Shown in pieces: positions 37,871 to 46,200 of a DNA stretch of 64,000 nt (position 1 is its first letter; each line of letters opens with the position of its first letter). Source of the stretch: a bacterium. GTDB lineage: Bacteria; Verrucomicrobiota; Kiritimatiellia; CAIKKV01; CAITUY01. Under the pieces are notes generated by a model. It ran no database searches. It saw only the letters and a list, made by a program, of their open reading frames with translations, and was not told the origin of the DNA. Both the position numbers and the translations under genes were made by a program. The stretch is taken from the NCBI GenBank assembly GCA_037143175.1, contig JBAWZF010000009.1:1959-65958 (forward strand). The letters run 5' to 3'.

Positions 37871-38853
37871 TACTCCTCCACCAGTTTCCGGGCCGCTTCA
37901 AATATCCGGCTTCGATCCGGTATGGCGGCTCGCTCGAGCGCCGGACTGGCGGATAACGGGATATCAGGTGTAGCCAGTCGGAGGAGCGGGGCATCGAGAT
38001 AGTCATAGACAGTCTCGGAGATGCGGGCGCTGATTTCGGCTCCGAATCCGCCGGTTCGACAGGACTCCTGAACAATCAGGGCGCGATGCGTCTTTTTAAC
38101 TGAGGCGATGATCGTATCCATGTCCAGCGGGATTAATGACCGAAGATCGATAACCTCGGCACTGATTCCCTGTGTGTTTAAATCCTCCTCCGCCGCACGC
38201 CCGGCTTCTGCGCTCATCCATGACCAGGCGATCAAGGTGATATCCGTTCCTGCCCTGGCTATTCTTGCCTTGCCCAGTGGGATTACGGTATCAGGTGCTT
38301 CGGATACTTCCCCGCGACAGCCGTAAAGCAATTTATGCTCCATGAAAACAACCGGATTATCATCCCGGATCGCGGCCTTCAGCAGCCCTTTGGCATCGGC
38401 TGGCGTTGACGGCGCCACCACCTTCAGGCCGGGAACATGCGTGAACCAGGCTTCCAGACTTTGCGAGTGGGTGGGACCATAGCAGCGTCCGCCGCCGCCC
38501 ACGGTACGTAGCACCATAGGACACCTGGCCTGTTTTCCTAGAACATAGTGCAACTTGGCCGCCTGGTTCACCATTTGATCCACCGCCAGGGTGATGAAAT
38601 CCATGAACATGATTTCCACCACCGGGCGGGAACCCGCCAGCGCCGCACCTATGGAGGCGCCCACGAATCCCTGCTCGGAAATCGGGGTATCACGAACGCG
38701 CTCGGCGCCGAACTTGTCAAGGAGCCCGCGTGTGACCCCGAAGGCCCCGCCATAGATACCGATGTCCTCGCCCAGGAGAAAAACATCCGGGTTGATTATC
38801 ATTTCCTCTTGCAGGGCTTCCCGCAGGGCTTCGGTATAGCTGATTGTTCTCAA
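37870..38853 (-). CDS. 2-oxoacid/acetoin dehydrogenase E1 component, beta subunit
   Basis: 327-aa ORF. LLGEDIGIYGGAFGVTRGLLDKFG..RVRDTPISEQGFVGASIGAA, typical of transketolase-like E1 beta. Confidence 0.9.
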   Translation of the reverse strand: MRTISYTEALREALQEEMIINPDVFLLGEDIGIYGGAFGVTRGLLDKFGAERVRDTPISEQGFVGASIGAALAGSRPVVEIMFMDFITLAVDQMVNQAAKLHYVLGKQARCPMVLRTVGGGGRCYGPTHSQSLEAWFTHVPGLKVVAPSTPADAKGLLKAAIRDDNPVVFMEHKLLYGCRGEVSEAPDTVIPLGKARIARAGTDITLIAWSWMSAEAGRAAEEDLNTQGISAEVIDLRSLIPLDMDTIIASVKKTHRALIVQESCRTGGFGAEISARISETVYDYLDAPLLRLATPDIPLSASPALERAAIPDRSRIFEAARKLVEE

Positions 38854-39803
38854 GCGAACACTCCTTCTTCAAGCGTGGCTGGATCGGGATCAGGGCTCTG
38901 CTTGGCGAACCGTACCGCTTCAGTCACAATGGCACGCGCTTCGCGACGGAGGTGCCGGTCGTTTTCCTGGTTTAGTGCGCCGCGCTTGATCAGTACAGCC
39001 CGGAAACGCCGGATGGGGGCGCGAGTCATCCATAACGCTTCCTCTTCCCGTGAGCGATAGATGCGCTGATCGCCGCGTGAGTGGCCGGAGTGGCGATAGG
39101 TCTTGCATTCCACCAGCGTAGGACCCTCTCCGTTACGAGCGCGGATACAGGCGGCCTGCATGACCTCGCGGACTGCCAGGAGGTCGTTGCCATCCACCAC
39201 GACGCCTGGAAAGCCATAAGAGGCGGCGCGATCGGCTATGTAGGGTATGGGGATCGCCTTGTCCACATGGGTTGACATAGCGTACAGGTTGTTCTCGCAG
39301 ACATACACGACGGGCAGTTTCCAGAGGCCGGCCAGATTCAGGGATTCGTGGAAAGTTCCCTGATTGGATGCGCCGTCGCCAAAAAAACACACCGCGATCT
39401 TTCCCGTATCCTTCATTTTTGCCGACAGTGCGGCGCCGGTGGCGATGGGAATACTGCCGCCGGTAATGCCATTGCCTCCGAGAAATCCCATCCTGTAGTC
39501 GGCCATAAACTGGCTGCCTCCGCGGCCCCGTGAATAGCCTGTTGCCTTGCCGAAAATCTCGGCCATGATCCGGCGTGGGTCTCCGCCACGGGCGATGAAA
39601 TGGCCATGCCCCCTGTGGGTACTGGTAATGTAATCCCCTTTTTTCAGCACACTGCAGACGCCCACCGCCACCGCTTCCTGGCCGGTGGCCGGATGTGTCG
39701 TGCCGCGAATGACGCCATCTGAGAAGAGTCTTTCCACCTTCTCTTCGAAGAGGCGCATGACCAACATGGTGCGATACCAATTGAGCATTTGTTGAGTTGT
39801 CAT
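38850..39803 (-). CDS. 2-oxoacid/acetoin dehydrogenase E1 component, alpha subunit (AcoA-like, ThDP-dependent)
   Basis: ThDP motif GDGASNQGTFHESLNLAGLWKLPVVYVCENN. AcoA-like THRGHGHFIARGGD and GRGGSQFMAD. Start set at MTTQQML (ATG at 39803), 10 nt after the upstream stop. Confidence 0.9.
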   Translation of the reverse strand: MTTQQMLNWYRTMLVMRLFEEKVERLFSDGVIRGTTHPATGQEAVAVGVCSVLKKGDYITSTHRGHGHFIARGGDPRRIMAEIFGKATGYSRGRGGSQFMADYRMGFLGGNGITGGSIPIATGAALSAKMKDTGKIAVCFFGDGASNQGTFHESLNLAGLWKLPVVYVCENNLYAMSTHVDKAIPIPYIADRAASYGFPGVVVDGNDLLAVREVMQAACIRARNGEGPTLVECKTYRHSGHSRGDQRIYRSREEEALWMTRAPIRRFRAVLIKRGALNQENDRHLRREARAIVTEAVRFAKQSPDPDPATLEEGVFA

Positions 39804-39813
39804 AGAAATGATT

Positions 39814-40848
39814 TCAGGTTCCGGAGTCCATGCCACGCACAGCCAGACACACCACGTTACCGCCCGGATCAATGGAGTTGACCAGTGTGACACCGTGGTT
39901 TTTTGCATTCAATGCGGCGATCACGCGTAACGCCGCGTCGGCGCCCGACGTCTCGCCCAGTATGGCCTTGAGGAGGTTCACGGGCATTCGTTCCGGTCTG
40001 TCGCCTTGGAATTCCCTGATGGCAGCCATTTCCACCGGATCAAGATCACCGCCCGGGGTTGCTGCTGAAAGGCCTGTTACCTCGTCTTCCCTTTGGGCGA
40101 GACTGCGGCAGGCAAGATGCATGGCCTTACGGATGTCTCCTCCCGTCATACCGCCGCCCAGAATCTCTCCCTGAACAACGGCACCGCGTTGCCGGGCGTG
40201 GTCGGCATTCTCCAGCACGACTATTCCGGCGCCTTCGCCCGGCATGAATCCTTGTTGGTCATCATTCAATTCAGTTCCCCGCAGGAGCATCGGGCTCAGG
40301 GCTTCGAACCCGCCGGCGAAGACCAGCGGGCACCGGCCCGTCCGGACCATGTCATAAGCCTGCAAAAGTGCGCCGGATGAAGACGTGGCCCCGGATGATA
40401 AATTGAGATGATAGCCATTCAGGCCATACTCGATTGCCAGCAGGCTGATGGTGGTGTTGGCGTAGGCATGGGGGAAGAGTATCGGTTTGACAAAGCGGGG
40501 GCCTTTCTCGAGGTAATCGGTGAAGAAGAGCTGGGTGCTTGCGAGACAGCCGGTTGCGGAACCCAGAATCAAGCCCATGGAGGAGCGATCCATATTCTTA
40601 AGGTCAAGATTGGCATCTTCAATCGCCAGGCTCATGCCCGCAAAGGCGAGTTGTGAAGCGCGGTCCAGATAGGCTTTTTCAGTTTCCAGGTAGTCCACCA
40701 CGTTGAAATCGCTGATCTCGGCGGCAAATTGTCCGATGCCGCTCCGGTAGCGGCGTACGCCCTCCATGAACGCTTCTCGTCCGATGCCGATGGAACTGAC
40801 TGGTCCCACCCCTGTAATGAACACGCCTTTATCTTCCCTGGTTTTCAT
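39814..40848 (-). CDS. Ketosynthase-fold protein lacking the Cys-His-His triad (KS-beta/chain-length-factor-like partner)
   Basis: 344-aa thiolase-fold ORF (VFITGVGPVSSIG N-terminus). Active-site positions read GATSSSG (Cys to Thr), AATPGGD (His to Thr) and KAILGETSG (His to Glu). ATGA overlap with the upstream KS. Confidence 0.8.
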   Translation of the reverse strand: MKTREDKGVFITGVGPVSSIGIGREAFMEGVRRYRSGIGQFAAEISDFNVVDYLETEKAYLDRASQLAFAGMSLAIEDANLDLKNMDRSSMGLILGSATGCLASTQLFFTDYLEKGPRFVKPILFPHAYANTTISLLAIEYGLNGYHLNLSSGATSSSGALLQAYDMVRTGRCPLVFAGGFEALSPMLLRGTELNDDQQGFMPGEGAGIVVLENADHARQRGAVVQGEILGGGMTGGDIRKAMHLACRSLAQREDEVTGLSAATPGGDLDPVEMAAIREFQGDRPERMPVNLLKAILGETSGADAALRVIAALNAKNHGVTLVNSIDPGGNVVCLAVRGMDSGT

Positions 40849-42035
40849 TCTGCCCTCCGGAAAATCACGGCCGCATTACAGCCGCCGATGCCCGCCGAGT
40901 TTGACAGGACAGCCCGGAGGTCCATGCTCTTTTTGACATTGGCGACACAGGGCAGATCGCATTCAGGATCCGGATCGCGGTAGTTTGTGGTCGGCGGGAT
41001 CACCCGGTTCCTGATCGACAGGATCGAGGCGATGGCCTCGATACTGCCGGCTGCGCCCAGCATGTGGCCGGATGACGACTTGATTGAGGTAATGGGCATC
41101 GCATAGGCGTGCGTACCGAATACTTTTTTGATGGCCTGTGTCTCGGTGACATCATTGGGTTTGGTTCCGGTGCCATGGGCGTTGATGTGGTCAATTTCCT
41201 CCGGTTTCATTCGTGCGTCGTGGAGTGCCATCTGCATGACGGCGGCTGAACCCGCTCCCTCTTTGGCCGGAGCGGTCATGTGAAAGGCGTTGTTATTGGC
41301 CCCGTATCCCGCGATCTCGGCATAGATCGTGGCCCCGCGTTTGCGGGCGGATTCCGCGTCTTCAAGCAGCAGGGCTCCTGCGCCTTCACTGAACAGCGTA
41401 CCGGAGCGGTTCTTATCAAACGGGCGAAGCGCGTCTTTGGTCATGGTTCGCAGGGCACTCAACCCGCTCCAGGCGAATCGGGACAGGGCGTCGTACCCGC
41501 CTGTCAGCACGGCTTTGGCATGTCCATGCCGGATGAGGTCCATCCCGTAACCGATCGCCGCCGTGCCTGAGGCACACGATAGAGACAACACGAAGCGGGG
41601 GCCGCCGAGATGCCATTGTTTGGCGACATGGTCAGCGCAGGACTGGAACAAAGATTCTGAATAGTCTGACGGTTGTGCCGTGTCCTTGCCTGACAGGTCG
41701 GTAATGACATTTTCGCCGGAGATGATGCCGCCGAAATTAGTGGCAAGCACCACTCCGGTTTCGGCCGGGTCAGGGACGCCATCCCGAAGCGCCTCTGCCG
41801 CCGCCGCCAACATGAACTGCGTGGCAAGGTCGGTATTTGCGCCTGTTGCGGCGCAGTCCTGTGGCAGGTGAAAATCGCGAATTTCTCCGCCCCGTGTATA
41901 GGCGAAATCCTTGAGGTCGAACCGGGTCAGGTCCCCGATGGCCGATTCACCGTTGCATAAGGCCTCCCACAGGCGCGGCACTCCGATTCCATACGGTGAT
42001 ACAGCACCCATCCCTGTGACGACGATTGTTTTCAA
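40845..42035 (-). CDS. Beta-ketoacyl-ACP synthase (FabF/KS-alpha-like), catalytically complete
   Basis: Active-site SLSCASGTAAIG (Cys), INAHGTGTKPND (His), KSSSGHMLGAAG (His). Likely TTG start giving MKTIVVTGMG, overlapping the FabG stop (TTGA); the ORF-track GTG start is at 42059. Confidence 0.9.
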   Translation of the reverse strand: MKTIVVTGMGAVSPYGIGVPRLWEALCNGESAIGDLTRFDLKDFAYTRGGEIRDFHLPQDCAATGANTDLATQFMLAAAAEALRDGVPDPAETGVVLATNFGGIISGENVITDLSGKDTAQPSDYSESLFQSCADHVAKQWHLGGPRFVLSLSCASGTAAIGYGMDLIRHGHAKAVLTGGYDALSRFAWSGLSALRTMTKDALRPFDKNRSGTLFSEGAGALLLEDAESARKRGATIYAEIAGYGANNNAFHMTAPAKEGAGSAAVMQMALHDARMKPEEIDHINAHGTGTKPNDVTETQAIKKVFGTHAYAMPITSIKSSSGHMLGAAGSIEAIASILSIRNRVIPPTTNYRDPDPECDLPCVANVKKSMDLRAVLSNSAGIGGCNAAVIFRRAE

Positions 42036-42775
42036 ATGTGCAGCCCTCCATCCACACACAGAACTTGGCCGGTGATGTAGTGCGCTTCGTCTGAGGCGAG
42101 GAAGGCGACGACACGGGCGACTTCATCGGGTTGACCGAAGCGACCCTGGGGAATGCGCTCCAGTTGCTTCGTTCGGCGTGTTGCCGACATGCCGGCAATC
42201 AGGTCTGTTTCGATAATACCGGGGGACACGGCGTTAACCGTGATGCCAGAGGGAGCGAATTCCCGCGCCACGGATTTTGTCAACCCGATCAGGCCGGCCT
42301 TGGCTGATGCATAATTGGCGCGCATCATGTCGCCCATCAGTCCGGCGTCAGAGGAGATGTTGATGATGCGTCCGGACTTCTGCCGGATCATCTCGCGGCC
42401 CACCGCCTTGATGCAGTGATAGGCCCCTTTCAAATCAACGTCCAGCACGTCGTTCCACTCCTCGTCCTTCATGAAGGTGACGTAGTTATCGCGGATAATT
42501 CCCGCGTTATTTACCAGGATATCCACCCGTCCCAGTGCTTGCTTTGTCTGTTCAATCATAGCTTTGACCTGATCCAGATGACGCACATCAGCCTTGAAGG
42601 GAAGGGCCTGTTGGCCAAAACCGCGGATAAGGACGGCGACTTCCTCGGCGGCCGCCGCCTGATTAACGTAGTTCACCACCACATGGACGCCTTCGGTTCC
42701 CAGTGCCAATGCCACGGCCCGGCCAATACCACGCGCACCACCGGTTACAATGGCCACTTTACCTTTTAGTTTCAT
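42032..42775 (-). CDS. 3-oxoacyl-ACP reductase (FabG-like SDR)
   Basis: VTGGARGIGRAVALAL, NNAGI and catalytic YASAKAG (YxxxK); 247 aa. Confidence 0.9.
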   Translation of the reverse strand: MKLKGKVAIVTGGARGIGRAVALALGTEGVHVVVNYVNQAAAAEEVAVLIRGFGQQALPFKADVRHLDQVKAMIEQTKQALGRVDILVNNAGIIRDNYVTFMKDEEWNDVLDVDLKGAYHCIKAVGREMIRQKSGRIINISSDAGLMGDMMRANYASAKAGLIGLTKSVAREFAPSGITVNAVSPGIIETDLIAGMSATRRTKQLERIPQGRFGQPDEVARVVAFLASDEAHYITGQVLCVDGGLHI

Positions 42776-42788
42776 GAGATGTTTTGGG

Positions 42789-43274
42789 TTACTTCTTCTC
42801 CATCAGGTATTTGTTCAGCACGTTTTCAGTGATTACCTCCACCTTGTACTTAGCCTGCACCAGTGCGAGATCCGTTCCGTGTTCACGGGCGAGTCGGCGT
42901 GCGGCGGGAGTGGCCCGGAGTGCGCCGGTCACGGCTCCGGCTTGTTTGCCTTTTTCCAAGGAAACGTTTTGAACCTTCCGTGTTAGCGTCTCCATCAGAC
43001 GGCGGTTAGAGGCGCTCACATCAGGCAAACTGTCGATCGTGTCTCCGATAAGGGCGACAACGTATCCTGCCGGGAGACTACTCTTCACTTCGGCCAGTGT
43101 TGCAAGCAACACTCCCGAGCGTGGTGCTTCCAACTCGAATGCCACCTTACTAGTGGACAGTTCGATCAGCGGATCTCCCTTATTGACGTACTCTCCCTTT
43201 TTTTTCAGCCAGGCGGTGATTGCCTGTTCTTCGTCGTTTTCGGTCAGTTTTGGGATTTTGACTTTTGTAACCAT
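42789..43274 (-). CDS. Free-standing lipoyl(biotinyl)-domain plus peripheral-subunit-binding-domain protein (E2 without catalytic domain)
   Basis: 161-aa ORF. Lipoyl-domain pattern KIPKLTENDEEQAITAWLKKKGEYVNKGDPLIELSTSKVAFELEAPRSGVL, with SKV in place of DKA. PSBD pattern LRATPAARRLAREHGTDLALV...ITENVLNKYL. The ORF then stops 13 nt before fabG-like. Confidence 0.8.
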   Translation of the reverse strand: MVTKVKIPKLTENDEEQAITAWLKKKGEYVNKGDPLIELSTSKVAFELEAPRSGVLLATLAEVKSSLPAGYVVALIGDTIDSLPDVSASNRRLMETLTRKVQNVSLEKGKQAGAVTGALRATPAARRLAREHGTDLALVQAKYKVEVITENVLNKYLMEKK

Positions 43275-46200
43275 TATTTATTTTCCTGTTCTCGGCCGAA
43301 AATCACTACATGCAGCGGCATGGATAGATTGCCAGCTTTATCCCGTACGCGCAATGTCAGCCATCCGGTTTCTTTAACCGATGCGGGCAAGGAGTAGGGC
43401 GTCAGACTCATGCCGTTTGTCTGTAGTGTGTTTTCCCATTGGATTCCGGCGATACCACTCTCATCATAGGCGTCCATTTCTATCAGGTCAGTGGGACTCC
43501 ATGGGGCAAAGACAAATACGCTTTGCAGTTGCTGCCGGAAGCGTTTGTCATTGCCGTCAGAGATGAAGGTCAGGTTTTTTACTACAAACTGGTTCGTAGA
43601 TCCTGCCGGCAACTGGTTTTTGAGAAGTTTGCCCGCATCAATGATGAATGATTGCCAGGCATTTGAGGCCCAAGTCAAGGGTCGGGGAGGGGCCTGGAGA
43701 ATGGCGTCCGCTGGAATTTCAGACAGACTAAATTTAAACGTATTGGTCGTTTCAGTCTCCAGAATGATAGCGACGCGGGGATTTTCGTTAGAGATCAATA
43801 CGGGGTGTCGCAGTTGAAACGCGAGAAAGGGGTAACGCTGAACGTTCCATTTTGGGGAAAACACATGCGTCATGGCTCCGGTTGAAGTTCCGGATACCAG
43901 CGAAAGATAGGGAGCTTCGCCCAGTTGGCATTCCAAGGTTGTAGTCCCGCCGGCTAGTGAGGTAAAGGGAGGATTAGTTTCTGCCATTCTTGCGCTGACC
44001 GTTGTCCAGAATATGTTCGAGGGATAAGAGGCAGACAGCACTGTTGGGGGCGTATGATCGGCAGCGTAATTGATCCGGCGAGGGAATTCCAGGTCGGGCA
44101 AGACGTTCCCCGCACCATCCTTGATTTCCGACAGGATGATTTTAAAGGCTTGGCCGGAGTCCGCCTGATTCAATTGTTGGCGGAAAATAAGTGACCAGTT
44201 CAACGCGAGGATGTCGTAATTAGTTGAATGGCTTAGGGTTGAGCCCAGCGTGTGAGTGATGGGGACGATGGTATCGTTCCATTTGAGTTTAAGCGCTTCC
44301 ATATCCAGAGGGGCCTCGCCATCCGTCTTGAATTTTACGCACAGAGAGGAACCGTTGCCCATGGCGTTGGTGGCTGGTTCAAAGGTACCGGTAGCGGATG
44401 GAGGCGTTCGGTCTATCAAGAATGGGATCGATGTGACCGGCGAAACGGCGTCCCTGTAATTCGCGGCTTTGAGGAAAATGTGCGCCAAGCCATTTCTCAG
44501 GGATTTGATGTCAGGCATAGTCTGTTGATTGTTAGGGATGTCGCGCCAAATGAGATCCGCGCATTGGGCGGAATTCAGGGACGGGTAGTCCTCCGGGCCG
44601 TTTCGGAGTGCCATTTGAACCTTTGTGACACCCTCAAAATCAAAGTAGTGCGGGGTGAAGGCCAGTTGTTCGTCCTTTGCCACGGAGGGTCCCGCCATCA
44701 GGTCGTCCAAGCTGAGTTCCGTGTATAGGCCGGTTTGGTCAACACTGTTGACCGAGCCGAACCGGAGTCCGCTCGCGTTGAATACCCCCGGTTGGCAGGG
44801 CTTCTCGATCAATGCATCGGTGACTAGTCCCCACCAGGTGTGCCACTGGTTGTCCAAGATCAGGTTGCCGGCACCACGAACCCCGCGCGCCGGTCCGTCC
44901 GGTTCGCTCAGGCGGACGGGGCCAACCGACCCACAGTCGAGCGACACTCGGGCCATGGATGTTCCGCGATACCGGAACTGCACCACTGGATACCGGGCGA
45001 ACGGCAGGGGAGCCTCGAAATAGCTACTCAGGCGTTGCGCAGTGCCCTGATTATATGTGGTTAGGAAACTTTGTTGGACGGGGTCGCAATCGGATATCAG
45101 GGTGCGTTGAGAGGGTTGTCTACCGCAGACTTTACGCGATTCGAATGATTCAATCAGCGGGCTGATGCCATCCAATTTCAGGAGCATTGGGGGTGTGCGC
45201 TGCGTGGCGTCAGCCCATTTCAAGGCGAATACACAGGTGTTGGTACCATGGACAACTTTGACTATGAGATTCGAGACGGGTCCGGTGGCGGCGTCGCTCA
45301 CACGTGGCACAGAGGCCTCCAGAGTATTGGGTGGCAGAAATCGTGTGTAAGCACTGGTTGATGCAATGGTGACGGTTGCGCCGGCAAGGGCACGGTCGGG
45401 TGAACCGGATGTTGACCGGAATTCGATGGTGTCTGGTTGCTGTTTGCTCCATGCACATGAGAGAGGCTGTGTCGTTGCGGCATGGTGCGGGATGGAGGCG
45501 AAGTTTTTGATCGCGTAGCCTTCGCCAGGCCCGTTGCCTGTCAGCCCTTGTACGATGTAACCGGCTTGTAGGTTGCCCAATCCTTCAATCTTGACGAGGA
45601 CGTTGGAGTCGTTGATAGATGCGGCCCAGTCTGCAACAGGGATCCAAGCCGTTGCGGTCGTCCAGTTTCCGTTGGTGTGCCATGCAGTAATTCCATTGAT
45701 GGGGGCGCTTCCTGGCACAGCCGTTTGTCCTGTTAGTTGATACTTGCCCTTTGAAAAACTTTCACCCGATAATTGGTGGAAATAGAATCGTTCCGGTGTA
45801 TAGGTTCCCTGGGTGTTGCGGCGGCCGATGGAATAATACAGATTGAACTGACCCCGATCGGTTCGTTTGACGTCGAAACGCCAGCCTGCAAGACTGGAAT
45901 AGGGGACTGGGGGGAGTGTGCAGCGGGTCAAAAGGGAACCGCTGCCAAGAATGCTTGTTACCGCGAAATAGGGACTGGAGTTGGTTGGAGTCATCCAGTC
46001 GAGGCGAGCCTGTGAGACCGGGTCATCAACTTCCCACGAGTCCCGATCCATGGGGCCCGTTGTGCGGTCACTGTTTGAGGCGAGCGGTGTTGAGGGATGG
46101 TTGGTGGTCGCCGGGGTGGGGCCGGCAGGGGTGAGAATACTGCGTAGGGCTACCGGCTTGAAGGTGACGGGTCGCGGGGTGACTGATTCCGCGGCGATCT

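Noticed and set aside
39133-39780. 215-aa same-strand alternative-frame ORF, very rich in Arg, Gly and Pro
   Set aside because: It overlaps the E1 alpha gene out of frame. Its low-complexity composition marks it as a GC-rich frame artefact.
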